Virus record (IMG/VR): IMGVR_UViG_3300001528_000621
Coordinates: 1 to 64,000 of that record
DNA: 64,000 nt
DNA from: a virus
Lineage: Duplodnaviria; Caudoviricetes
Direction: 5' to 3' (one strand)
A model generated the notes under the pieces. The model made no database searches, was not told where the DNA came from, and saw only the letters and a program-made list of their open reading frames with translations. Positions 37,264-47,344 of this stretch are shown piece after piece (positions within the stretch are counted from its first letter, which is position 1; each line of letters opens with the position of its first letter). A program made the translations under genes and the position numbers.

Positions 37264-40200
37264 ATGGCAGCAGATAAAACATTTACAGTGGATCAGCCGG
37301 AAAAAATAGAAGGTTCGTTTACAGCTAATATTCCGATTGATATCATAAAGCAAATAGAGGTTCGAGAGAAGAGATTCGGACGAAAAATTCATACTGAAGA
37401 GGAACTTGAAGTTATTAACGGAAACGCTGTTTGGGTCCTTCTTCGATCTGGTGTGGACGTACCTATCAACGAGGCTGAGTGTCGAGAACTCAAATCTCTA
37501 GAAGCTCGAAAAAGCGTACAGACTAGCAATAAGCAAGCTTGGGCAGGAATATTGGGAGGAGACTTAAAACCGAACGGAATGCCAAACTACCACTTGGCTG
37601 GTATTGAGGGTGCAGACCAAGCCCAAGATAGAGCAGCTTATAGGTTAGATGCAGTTCAAGGTCATAGAGCAATACCGGGAATTACGGGTTTTTCTGTAGT
37701 TTCTAAGGACACTTGGGGTATGATTCTTGAAGCGACTGTGAATATCAAGGTTTGGTCTCGAGATGACTTAGAACGCATGGATCTCATATATTTCAAGCCA
37801 GGTTTTACTGCTCTTCTTGAGTGGGGTCATACACTGTATTTTGATTCGAACGATGAGATTAGAAGAGTTCCTGAACCGATGATAAGTAATGAGGAATTCT
37901 TTGCAGGAGGTCAATTTGATGATCTAGATAGTAAAATCTACGAAGCTCGTAAAAGAGACTGCAACAGGGAAGCATGTTTCGGTTACATTACTAATTTCTC
38001 TTGGAAATTTAATAGGGATGGAAGCTACGACTGCACTGTTAAGATGGTTTCAAAAGGAGCTGTTTTAGAGGGTCTTAAGCTTAAGAGCGGAAAAACATCG
38101 GGAGAAGCAGACGTACAAAAAGACCATAACTGGTGGGATATCTCGATTTTTCATAAGATTCTAAAATGCTTTCAGGATAGGTACAACTATATGCCAAGTC
38201 CTGGAACAGTCTCTGGAAACCCTGCAGTTACGCCTCTAAATGAAACACTGGATCGATGGAAAATGCCAGGAAGTACGTCGAAAGGTGAGCAAAAAAGTCT
38301 AATACTATCCGCAGTAGCCTCAATAAACCAGGGAATGTCTTCAATACCGAAAAGACAGGGTACTATAATTTCTGAAACAGATGCTCGAATTAAGAAAATT
38401 CAGGATTTTCCGGTTCTTGCAGTGCCGTTGGGAAGTGGAGGTCTTTTTCATTCTCAAATTGAAGGGTTTTACATTCAACTCAGGTCTCTCTTACATCTCA
38501 TAAATGTATATGAGCTTTGGGATGGAGACGGATATAGAGGCTTTTATGACCTCTTAAGTCCAGCTAGGTTTGGTCATGGGGACGATAGTACTGTTGTAAG
38601 TCTAAATCCTATCGTAGCTGCAACCGAAAGTCAAAGTGAAGCTATAAGCTCTAAGATATCTCTAAAAGCGCTTAATCTTGTAACGCAGTCAGAGCTAAGA
38701 GATGCAGATATTATTGGAAATATCTGGGTGGACTATTCAGCGTTTTGCGCTGTAGTAGCGAGACAGATTGATGCTCAAGGTTCTGATTACCGGATAGACC
38801 TTGTTCTTCGTGAATTTTTATCAGAAATTCAAAAAGCTCTTGGGAATATTCATAATTTTGGGGTCCATACAAATCAGATGATTGGAGGAAATTGTTATGA
38901 GATCGTGGACTTAGCTAGCGTTAGAACTAACAAGGATAAGAATATTCCTAGGGATATCGGAGTTTCTGGACTCTTTAATACGGTTCTAGATTTAAACGTT
39001 GAGAGTGACGTTTCGTCTGACATAGTTAATGAGATGTGCATAGCCGCAGCTGCCCCTACTACTTCTGAAGATGGAGCTGAGTCAGCAGACGAATGTATGG
39101 TTTTTTGGGGGGAAAATTGTAAGTCTAGATGGACACCTAAGCCATTAAGTTCAGGAGGAAGTAGTAAAAACACTAAAAGTAGTAACGATTCTAGAGAAGG
39201 TTTTGATGAAAAACTTGCTAAGCTTTATAAAAGACTCCGAAGAGGAAAGTTAGATAAGAAAGCTCACGGAGAGCAAGTACAGACAGATGCAATTCAAGCT
39301 AACATTGCTGAAGAACTTATAGACATTCAACTTACCGGTGAGAAGCTTTACTTAGATAAGGTGAGGACAGATTTAGGAAACAAGAGTAACTTGCAGATGG
39401 GAATCATTCCAGTTCGTCTAAATCTCACCATGCTTGGACTTTCTAGACTTACTATCGGAAATACTTTCAGAATTAAAAATGGAGTTTTACCTAGAAAGTA
39501 TGACAACTGGGGATACATTATTACAGGTATAGAACATAGGGTTCAAGGAGGACAGTGGGTAACGCAGCTAAAGACTCAGTACTATCCAGTGTATCCAGAC
39601 AATACATACAACGAGGGAAGGTCTTCATCTTCTTCAACAGTATCATCTTCAAATTTAACATCAGAGAAAAACGTGGTAACAGGAGAAAGAACAGCTCGAC
39701 GAGGTCCATATAAAGATATTCTAGAGAACGTTTGTGACTACAGAGTAGCTTTTATTAAGGGAACCGGAATAGACTATGGAGCAGGAAACAAGGTTTCTAG
39801 TAACGGATACAAGAGTCCTTACATGGGTTGGTGTGCAGCATATACCTTTAACTGGGCTAGAGTATACACGCAAGGTAAGAAAGCTTGTGAGACAGGAGCA
39901 AAGCTTCAAAAGCATTCAAGTAATAGGTATGATTATGATGCTAACCCTGGAATAGGTACGTACATACCACAGGTACCTGCAGGGGGTAATGCTGGATCAG
40001 CTGGATATGCAGCAAATCTAGAGAGCATAGGGTATCAGCCAGGGAATACCGTTACTATGTCTGATGCTGAACTTAGGAAAGTTACAGCCGGTACAAATGT
40101 TGGTGGAAAAACAGTGAAAGAGGGTGACGTTCTTGTGTATACTGGACAGGGAGGAAGTCCATATCACACTTGTTTCTTCGACGGTACAAAGTGGCGGTCA

Positions 40201-40308
40201 GATGCGGATCAAAACAGTGCAAATTGCTACGGTTCTAGAGGGAATTACAAAGTTCAGTTATTCTCTTGTACAAAACCGAAGCATAAAGATTGGAACTGTT
40301 CTGCATAA
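37264..40308 (+). CDS. Baseplate hub-like protein with C-terminal CHAP/NlpC-P60-like amidase domain
   Basis: LLEWG, FGYITNFSW..NRDGSYDC, YIITGIEHRVQGGQWVTQL; C-terminal WCAAY...GDVLVY...HTCFFDG. Confidence 0.6.
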   Translation: MAADKTFTVDQPEKIEGSFTANIPIDIIKQIEVREKRFGRKIHTEEELEVINGNAVWVLLRSGVDVPINEAECRELKSLEARKSVQTSNKQAWAGILGGDLKPNGMPNYHLAGIEGADQAQDRAAYRLDAVQGHRAIPGITGFSVVSKDTWGMILEATVNIKVWSRDDLERMDLIYFKPGFTALLEWGHTLYFDSNDEIRRVPEPMISNEEFFAGGQFDDLDSKIYEARKRDCNREACFGYITNFSWKFNRDGSYDCTVKMVSKGAVLEGLKLKSGKTSGEADVQKDHNWWDISIFHKILKCFQDRYNYMPSPGTVSGNPAVTPLNETLDRWKMPGSTSKGEQKSLILSAVASINQGMSSIPKRQGTIISETDARIKKIQDFPVLAVPLGSGGLFHSQIEGFYIQLRSLLHLINVYELWDGDGYRGFYDLLSPARFGHGDDSTVVSLNPIVAATESQSEAISSKISLKALNLVTQSELRDADIIGNIWVDYSAFCAVVARQIDAQGSDYRIDLVLREFLSEIQKALGNIHNFGVHTNQMIGGNCYEIVDLASVRTNKDKNIPRDIGVSGLFNTVLDLNVESDVSSDIVNEMCIAAAAPTTSEDGAESADECMVFWGENCKSRWTPKPLSSGGSSKNTKSSNDSREGFDEKLAKLYKRLRRGKLDKKAHGEQVQTDAIQANIAEELIDIQLTGEKLYLDKVRTDLGNKSNLQMGIIPVRLNLTMLGLSRLTIGNTFRIKNGVLPRKYDNWGYIITGIEHRVQGGQWVTQLKTQYYPVYPDNTYNEGRSSSSSTVSSSNLTSEKNVVTGERTARRGPYKDILENVCDYRVAFIKGTGIDYGAGNKVSSNGYKSPYMGWCAAYTFNWARVYTQGKKACETGAKLQKHSSNRYDYDANPGIGTYIPQVPAGGNAGSAGYAANLESIGYQPGNTVTMSDAELRKVTAGTNVGGKTVKEGDVLVYTGQGGSPYHTCFFDGTKWRSDADQNSANCYGSRGNYKVQLFSCTKPKHKDWNCSA

Positions 40309-40326
40309 CAAGCTTTTAGAAAAATT

Positions 40327-40358
40327 AGCGTTAAACGAAAGTTTAGCGCTTTTTCTTT
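40327..40358 (+). terminator. Putative intrinsic terminator ending the tail module
   Basis: AGCGTTAAAC-GAAA-GTTTAGCGCT + TTTT. Confidence 0.7.
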
Positions 40359-40401
40359 CAACTATACTCCTTATATTTATCTGTACATAAAAATTTAAGC
40401 A

Positions 40402-42774
40402 ATGATCAAAAGTGTAATAAAGAGGGACGGGAACGTCGCAGAGTTTGATATCGATAGGATCAAGGATTCTATTTCAAAAGCAATGGCTCGAACTGAGAAA
40501 GGTATAGATCCTGACTTGATTGAAAGAATAGCAGAAAGTATATCCAAATCTACATCAGAGAAAGCTTCTGTGGATAAGATTCAAGACATGGTTGAAAGGA
40601 AGCTCATGGATTCTAGAAGAAAAGATGCAGCTCAAACCTACATAAAGTACAGACAGAAGAGAGACGTAGCTCGTCAATCTAAGACTCGGGTAATGTTCGA
40701 GGAAATCATAAATGCAGAAAATAACGATATAACTCGAGAGAATGCAAACATGAATTCAGATACACCAGCAGGTATGATGATGAAATTTGCATCGGAGACA
40801 ACAAAACCTTTTGTAGACACATATCTTTTAAGGGAAGACATTCGAGAAGTTGTTGATAGAAATTATATTCATGTTCACGATAAGGACTACTACCCTACAA
40901 AAAGCTTAACGTGCTTGCAGCATCCTCTTGATACCATCTTTAAGAGAGGCTTTAGAGCAGGTCACGGAGAACTTAGGCCACCTAAGAGAATAGAGACAGC
41001 TGCAACACAGGCATGCGTTTCGATGGAAACAGTGCAGAATGAAATGCACGGAGGTCAAGCAATACCAGCTTTTGATTATTATCTTGCTCCTTTTGTCAGA
41101 CTTGCATACCAGGAAGAGATTGATAAGATTAGTAAGCTCTTTATAGATCTACCGGACAAAGAATATTGGGATGAGATTAAGAATATAGAGATAAAGGACT
41201 ACATTACAAAAGAGCTACCTCCTTCAAACACACTACCAGCAGCGGGATCGTTTGTAACGTATCCGACTAAGGAGAGAATCATTCAGATGGCTATAAACCA
41301 GACTGTTGACAGGGTTCATCAAGCAATGGAGTCGTTCGTACACAATATGAACAATATTCATTCTAGAGGAGGAAATCAGGTAGTCTTTAGTTCAATCAAC
41401 TACGGTACAGATACTTCTGCAGAGGGACGATGCATTATTCGAGAGGTTTTGAGAGCTACAGAAGCAGGTGTAGGTAACGGAGCTACAGCAATCTTTCCTA
41501 TCCAGATTTGGAAGCTCAAGGCCGGTGTCAGTATAAATCCTGGAGATCCAAACTACGATCTCTTCAAGTACGCCTGCAAAGTATCGGCTAGAAGGTTCTT
41601 TCCGAATTTCTTAAACCTGGATTCAACCTTTAATAAGACTGATGAATGGAAGGAAAGTGATCCGGGAAGGTATAAACACGAGGTTGCAGTAATGGGATGT
41701 AGAACAAGACTGTGGTTGGATAGGTTTGGAGAGACAACTTCGATTGGAAGGGGAAATATCTCATTCACAACGATAAACTTACCAAAACTTGCTATTGAAG
41801 CAGCTATCGAATGTGGAGCGTTGGTAAAGAACGAGGAAGGAAAGTATATAAGAGCTGAAATCAAGGATACTGAGAAGATGTTCAAGCTCTTTATGGAAAG
41901 GCTTAAAGAGGTTGCAGATCTTGCAGCTGAACAGCTTCACGAAAGGTACAAATTTCAGGCTACAGCAAAAGCAAAGCAATTTCCTCTTCTTATGTCAGGT
42001 CTTTGGAAAGGTTCAGAAAACTTAGGACCAGAAGATTCCGTAGAACCTGCAATTAAGCACGGAACATTGAGCTTAGGTTACATTGGGCTCGCTGAAGCAT
42101 TGGTTGCAATGTTCGGAAAGCATCATGGGGAGTCTGAAGAAATGCAGGAGAAAGGTCTAGAGATTGTAGGACTTCTTAATGATCTTTGTAAGAATAAGTA
42201 CAGTGAGGAGTATGACCTAAACTACACTTGCTTGGCAACACCAGCTGAAGGTCTTTCGGGTAAGTTTACGAAAGTGGATAAGAAAGAATTCGGCGAAATT
42301 AAGGGTGTTACGGATAGAGAGTACTATACGAACAGTAACCATGTGCCTGTATACTACGACTGTTCTGCAAAGCATAAAGCTGAGATAGAGGGACCTTATC
42401 ATAAACTAACGCCTGCTGGTCACATCTTTTATGTAGAGGTTGATGGAAAAGTAACAAGTAATCCGGACGCTGTGGAGGATATTGTAGGGGTTGCAAGAAA
42501 GAATGATTGCGGGTACATAAGCATTAACTACAATTGTTCTAGGTGTGAAGACTGCGGTTACGAATCGTCAGAAGAGTTTGAAAACGGGATTTGCCCTAAA
42601 TGTAGCAGCAAAAACACAACGTACCTAGCCCGTATCACGGGATATTTAGTCGGTACAACTAGCAGGTGGAACTTAGGAAAGAAAGCAGAACTTTGTGATA
42701 GGGTATCTCACGAAGGTCAAGAAAGACATACAAATCTTGAGATGATCTATGGACCAGAACCTCAGAATTCTTAA
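40402..42774 (+). CDS. nrdD: Anaerobic (class III) ribonucleotide reductase
   Basis: ATP cone VIKRDG, ENAN, HVHDKDYY, MGCR, TPAEGL, YYTNS, CEDC/CPKC, glycyl-radical RITGYL. Confidence 0.97.
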   Translation: MIKSVIKRDGNVAEFDIDRIKDSISKAMARTEKGIDPDLIERIAESISKSTSEKASVDKIQDMVERKLMDSRRKDAAQTYIKYRQKRDVARQSKTRVMFEEIINAENNDITRENANMNSDTPAGMMMKFASETTKPFVDTYLLREDIREVVDRNYIHVHDKDYYPTKSLTCLQHPLDTIFKRGFRAGHGELRPPKRIETAATQACVSMETVQNEMHGGQAIPAFDYYLAPFVRLAYQEEIDKISKLFIDLPDKEYWDEIKNIEIKDYITKELPPSNTLPAAGSFVTYPTKERIIQMAINQTVDRVHQAMESFVHNMNNIHSRGGNQVVFSSINYGTDTSAEGRCIIREVLRATEAGVGNGATAIFPIQIWKLKAGVSINPGDPNYDLFKYACKVSARRFFPNFLNLDSTFNKTDEWKESDPGRYKHEVAVMGCRTRLWLDRFGETTSIGRGNISFTTINLPKLAIEAAIECGALVKNEEGKYIRAEIKDTEKMFKLFMERLKEVADLAAEQLHERYKFQATAKAKQFPLLMSGLWKGSENLGPEDSVEPAIKHGTLSLGYIGLAEALVAMFGKHHGESEEMQEKGLEIVGLLNDLCKNKYSEEYDLNYTCLATPAEGLSGKFTKVDKKEFGEIKGVTDREYYTNSNHVPVYYDCSAKHKAEIEGPYHKLTPAGHIFYVEVDGKVTSNPDAVEDIVGVARKNDCGYISINYNCSRCEDCGYESSEEFENGICPKCSSKNTTYLARITGYLVGTTSRWNLGKKAELCDRVSHEGQERHTNLEMIYGPEPQNS

Positions 42775-43264
42775 AATAGTACCAAACACGGTTGTAGATG
42801 GACCGGGGCTAAGAACCTCGGTCTATTTTGCCGGATGTAAACATCACTGTCCGGGATGTCATAACCCCGAATCGTGGAATATGAATGGAGGAGTGGAGAT
42901 GAACATAAACGAGGTTTACTCCGAAATTCTGAAGAACGCTGTCAATAGTATAGCGCCGAAGATAACATTGACAGGAGGAGATCCATTCTATCAAAGAGAA
43001 GGTCTAAAATCTTTACTTTATAGGTTTAGTGTAGACAGTACTCGTCTTTGGGATGTTTGGCTTTATACCGGATTTACATTTGAGGAACTAACTGAACAAT
43101 TCTCAGATATTCTAGAATTACCGGTCTTGACGGGAATAGTGTGTGATCCGTTTATTCTGGAAAAACGAGATACAGAAAATTACATCTACAGGGGATCTTC
43201 AAATCAGAGAATCTTTAGAAAAGATAGAACTTCAAACTATAAATGGATTCTTTGGGAAAACTAA
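42749..43264 (+). CDS. nrdG: Anaerobic RNR activating enzyme
   Basis: VDGPGLR, GCKHHCPGCHNPESW, TGGDPF, RGSSNQRI. Confidence 0.95.
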   Translation: MDQNLRILKIVPNTVVDGPGLRTSVYFAGCKHHCPGCHNPESWNMNGGVEMNINEVYSEILKNAVNSIAPKITLTGGDPFYQREGLKSLLYRFSVDSTRLWDVWLYTGFTFEELTEQFSDILELPVLTGIVCDPFILEKRDTENYIYRGSSNQRIFRKDRTSNYKWILWEN

Positions 43265-43282
43265 GGAATCTTTAGGGGAGAC
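43251..43282 (+). repeat. Dispersed 32-bp repeat, copy 2
   Basis: TTTGGGAAAACTAAGGAATCTTTAGGGGAGAC. Confidence 0.75.
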
Positions 43283-43329
43283 CTTGTTGAATATTCATCA
43301 TAAGTCCTTATTTATTTTAAACAGCAAAC

Positions 43330-43851
43330 ATGTTTTTACCTAAGTCTAAATACAAAATAAAGCAAGCTGCTTGGGGTCAGTTCTACTTGAGTGGATCTGC
43401 TCGAGGAGAGTACTATGTCGGACCCTACATTGAAGACTATAGAGGAAGAACGTTTGCTGGATCAGACATTTCAAAAGCACAGGACAGGGTTCTAATTTCA
43501 ACATCAGAGGAAGTAACACCGATTGAAGAGTATAGTTCAGACTACAGCCCTAAGGAAGACGCTTTTGTCTCTGGATCCTATATAAGATATTTCAGACAGA
43601 ATACAGTTACTACGGTTGTAGAGGAAATTACAGAAGAACAACTAAAGCAAAGCGGACCGTTCATCTATACTTCAGGATCTTGGATAGTTACAGGAAGTCT
43701 TGATGATATCCTAATTTACGGAATACCGTACAGGGGGGTAAGATGGAGGAATACTCAAACCTTAAATGCTTGGGATAAAGAAATTTCTGGAATTATTTCA
43801 GCTTTAAACCTAAAACCTGAAGATTTTGTTCAGGATTATCAGAGCTCTTAA
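43330..43851 (+). CDS. Hypothetical protein
   Basis: 173-aa ORF preceded by TTATTTAT. Confidence 0.7.
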   Translation: MFLPKSKYKIKQAAWGQFYLSGSARGEYYVGPYIEDYRGRTFAGSDISKAQDRVLISTSEEVTPIEEYSSDYSPKEDAFVSGSYIRYFRQNTVTTVVEEITEEQLKQSGPFIYTSGSWIVTGSLDDILIYGIPYRGVRWRNTQTLNAWDKEISGIISALNLKPEDFVQDYQSS

Positions 43852-43879
43852 TTATATTCTAGTGTAAAAGCTAGAAAGA

Positions 43880-45244
43880 ATGTTCTATATTGTAGAATCT
43901 GAATCACAGTTAGGAAGATTAGCAGAACTCGGAAAAGAGGTAGATTGTTACGTGGAAGTAGTAACAACAAACGACTACTTTCATCCAGCTCTATCTTCGG
44001 TTGTAGCTGTTTACATTAGACCTCTCGAAATTAAAACAAATTCAGAGACAGGAGAAGATTACTATGCTTCGGGATATATTGTTCCTGTAGATCACAATGA
44101 AGGTCTTTGTGTAAGTTTGGATAGGGTACGAGAGCTTTTGCAGAGTTTTAGGAAAATTTATGTTCTCGACAGGAAAGCTACTCTCTATTTTGTAAATCAC
44201 AAAAATCTAGTAGATCTGAGTTTAATTTACTGTATGAATACCTACGAAAAGTTAGAGTGGTTTGTAAGAGAGAAAACATGTAACTGGTTCTATAACAGGT
44301 ACGGAGGAAGGAAAGACCTAAATCAAATCATACCTTTAACAAAAATCTACGAAAAGTGTGAAGCAACTTTTGACCAGGTTAAGAAGGTTTTAGAGCTACC
44401 TGAACCGGATGGGTTTGATTTCTATAATAGGTTTGTAACTAGTGTCTATTATCTTGTTGAGAGAGAAGGGATTCGAGTAGATACTCATGAATTTGTAGAA
44501 AGGTTTAAACCTACAAATCCAGATTTCTCTATTAGAGGAGAGACAGTCTATACAAGATATAATCTCTACAATACGACAGGAAGACCCACAAACTCATTTA
44601 ACGGAGTTAATTTTCTAGCTATACCGAAAGGTACAGAATTTCGTAGATGTTTTAAGCCGAAAAATAGTAAGTTTGTTCAAATGGACTTTGATGGATATCA
44701 TGTAAGGTTGGTATCAAATTTGATAGGATATAAAATTCCTACAGACATTAAAGCTCACATGTATCTAGCAAAACAGTATTTTTCTAAAGAAGAGATATCT
44801 CCAGAAGAATATAAGAAAGCTAAACAGACAAACTTTCAGTCTATTTACGGAGCAATACCAGATGAGTATAAACATCTAGACTTCTTTGTAAAGCTTAAAG
44901 CATTTATGGATGAGTTGTGGGAAAGATTTTGTAAGGAAGGGAAGGTTTATGTTGCTCCGCCAGATATCAAAGCATTTACTACAAAGCTGCCTGAAATGAG
45001 AGAAACTAAGCTTATGAACTATCTAATTCAGGCAACAGAGACAGTGAGGAATACGGGACTTTTGTATAAATTAGCGAGATTGCTTCAATCTTATAAAACT
45101 AGAGTTCTTCTTGTAACGTACGATAGTGTTCTTATAGACTGGGACGAGAAGGAAGGTACAGAAATTCTTTCTAAAATTCAGAAAATTCTCGAGGAAGGAA
45201 AATTTCCAGTTTCGGTTGATTATTCGATGGATCTTAATTTTTAG
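43880..45244 (+). CDS. Short family-A DNA polymerase-like protein
   Basis: TTGRP, motif A DFDGYHVRL, motif B KQTNFQSIYG, NYLIQ, motif C TYDSVLID; only 454 aa. Confidence 0.75.
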   Translation: MFYIVESESQLGRLAELGKEVDCYVEVVTTNDYFHPALSSVVAVYIRPLEIKTNSETGEDYYASGYIVPVDHNEGLCVSLDRVRELLQSFRKIYVLDRKATLYFVNHKNLVDLSLIYCMNTYEKLEWFVREKTCNWFYNRYGGRKDLNQIIPLTKIYEKCEATFDQVKKVLELPEPDGFDFYNRFVTSVYYLVEREGIRVDTHEFVERFKPTNPDFSIRGETVYTRYNLYNTTGRPTNSFNGVNFLAIPKGTEFRRCFKPKNSKFVQMDFDGYHVRLVSNLIGYKIPTDIKAHMYLAKQYFSKEEISPEEYKKAKQTNFQSIYGAIPDEYKHLDFFVKLKAFMDELWERFCKEGKVYVAPPDIKAFTTKLPEMRETKLMNYLIQATETVRNTGLLYKLARLLQSYKTRVLLVTYDSVLIDWDEKEGTEILSKIQKILEEGKFPVSVDYSMDLNF

Positions 45245-45315
45245 TAAAAAAAATCTTTTATAATTCAAAATTCATTTTATCTTTAGTATTATTAAGTTAA
45301 CAAAACACAATTACC

Positions 45316-46188
45316 ATGAATTTAGCATTGATTAAGCAGAAATTGCAGGAAGTAAATGAACAGACATCAGAGAGACAAGACAATTCAGCGTCAAAGTGGA
45401 CATGTCCGAACGGTAAGAGTCAGATCAGAATCGTACCGTCTGTAGACAATCCAGACAATCCTTTTACGGAGCTTATGTTCTATAACAGGCTCGGTAAATA
45501 CCCTGTCCTTGCACTTACAAATTTCGGAGAACAGGATCCTGTAGAAGATTTCATTCAGGTTCTTAGGGGCACTGACGATAAGGATAATTGGTCTCTTTCA
45601 GGTAAAATTTCTGCAAGACCAAGATATTTCATTCCTGTTATCGTTCGTGGTGAAGAGGATAAGGGTGTCCGAATTTGGAGTATTTCTTCTACAGTCTATA
45701 AAGCTCTTTTGAGTCTGGCTGCTGATGATGAAATCGGGGATTTCACCGACATTCAGACAGGTACAGACATGGTCGTAGAGAAAACACCTCCTACAACTCC
45801 AGGTGGATATGCAGATATCTCCATTAGAGCAAAGAGAAACAGTTCACCGCTTTCTGAAAATAAGGACGAGATTAAGAAATGGCTTACAGAGCAGCCTAAG
45901 GTTCTGGATCTCTTTAGAAAACCTAGTTACGACTGGCTTAAAAAGCAGCTCAAAGCTTATCTCGAAGGTAAGCCAGCTGTGGACGAAGCAGTAGCAGCTG
46001 TTGAAAACGCTAAATCTGCAGCAGCTCCTGAAGAGAAGAAAGTCGAGGAGAAGAAAGTAGAAGAGAAGTCAGCTCCAAAAGCAGCAGTCAAAAAGAGTGT
46101 AACTACGAAGTTCGACGATCTTTTCAGTGACGACGAAGATAACAGTAAGTCAAAAGATAAGTTGCCTTGGGAAGAGGATGAACAGTAA
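45316..46188 (+). CDS. Single-stranded DNA-binding protein (gp32-like)
   Basis: IRIVP, PVIVRG, GDFTD..TGTD, acidic C-terminal tail. Confidence 0.75.
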   Translation: MNLALIKQKLQEVNEQTSERQDNSASKWTCPNGKSQIRIVPSVDNPDNPFTELMFYNRLGKYPVLALTNFGEQDPVEDFIQVLRGTDDKDNWSLSGKISARPRYFIPVIVRGEEDKGVRIWSISSTVYKALLSLAADDEIGDFTDIQTGTDMVVEKTPPTTPGGYADISIRAKRNSSPLSENKDEIKKWLTEQPKVLDLFRKPSYDWLKKQLKAYLEGKPAVDEAVAAVENAKSAAAPEEKKVEEKKVEEKSAPKAAVKKSVTTKFDDLFSDDEDNSKSKDKLPWEEDEQ

Positions 46189-46199
46189 TTGGATAGTGT

Positions 46200-47276
46200 A
46201 TGCCAGCAGCTAAAAAAGAGATCATACAGAGAGCTACAGCTGAACAGCAACAGAAGTTCAGCTTAGCTTCTTTTAAGAAGAAAAAAGGCTTTGATTCAAA
46301 TTCAATTAAATTTAAGCCGCAGTCCTGGATACCACTTTCAAAGGCTTGGCAGGATGTTACTTCACTGCCGGGAATACCTCAAGGACACATTACTCTCCTT
46401 AGGGGACATTCGGACACAGGAAAGAGCTCAACCCTGTTAGAGTGTGCAGCTTCTTGCCAAAGACTGGGTATTTTACCGGTTTTTATTATAACGGAGATGA
46501 AATGGTCTTGGGACTTCGCTAAAAAGATGGGAGTTCAGGTAAAGGAGGTTATTGATAAGGAGTCCGGTGAGGTTGTAGATTATGATGGATTTTTCTTGTA
46601 CGTAGATAGGGGGTCTCTCAATACAATTGAAGATGTAGCTAACTACATAGGAGATCTTCTTGACGAACAAGCTAAAGGAAAGTTGCCTTATGATCTTTGC
46701 TTTTTGTGGGACTCTGTAGGATCTGTACCTTGTGAACAATCCGTAAACTCAAACAAGAACAACAATCAATGGAATGCAGGGGCAATGTCAACACAGTTTA
46801 GTGGTTGGATCAATCAGAAAATACCTCTCTCTCGAAAGGAATCTTCGCCCTACACCAATACCCTGGTGTGTATCAATAAGATATGGGTATCGCCTCCAGA
46901 GTCGTTTTTAGGTCAGCCAAAAATGAATAATAAGGGTGGAGAATCCATGTACTACGATTCGAGTGTTTGCTTCACATATGGAAACATCTCCAATGCAGGT
47001 ACCTCTAAGATAAAAGCCGCTGCAGGAGGAAAAGCGTTTGAATTTGCAAAGAGAACAAAAATCTCTTGCGATAAAAACCACATAACGGGCGTTCAATCGG
47101 TCGACTATATTGTTATGACACCTACCGGATTTATTCATAACGACAAGAAAGAGATCGATGAGTATGCAAATAAGCATAAAGAGGAATGGAAAAACATTAT
47201 TGGTACGGACAGCTTTAGTGTAGATATTGAACCGGTAATGGAAGAAACTCCGAACAATATTATAGATGATGATTAG
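46200..47276 (+). CDS. uvsX: RecA/UvsX-like recombinase
   Basis: GIPQGHITLLRGHSDTGKS, WDSVGS, INK, KGGE, KNHI. Confidence 0.85.
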   Translation: MPAAKKEIIQRATAEQQQKFSLASFKKKKGFDSNSIKFKPQSWIPLSKAWQDVTSLPGIPQGHITLLRGHSDTGKSSTLLECAASCQRLGILPVFIITEMKWSWDFAKKMGVQVKEVIDKESGEVVDYDGFFLYVDRGSLNTIEDVANYIGDLLDEQAKGKLPYDLCFLWDSVGSVPCEQSVNSNKNNNQWNAGAMSTQFSGWINQKIPLSRKESSPYTNTLVCINKIWVSPPESFLGQPKMNNKGGESMYYDSSVCFTYGNISNAGTSKIKAAAGGKAFEFAKRTKISCDKNHITGVQSVDYIVMTPTGFIHNDKKEIDEYANKHKEEWKNIIGTDSFSVDIEPVMEETPNNIIDDD

Positions 47277-47344
47277 TGTAGGGAGGGACATTTAAGTCCC
47301 TTTCCCTATGTCTAGTTCTCTCAGAAAAACTAATTATCTTTACT

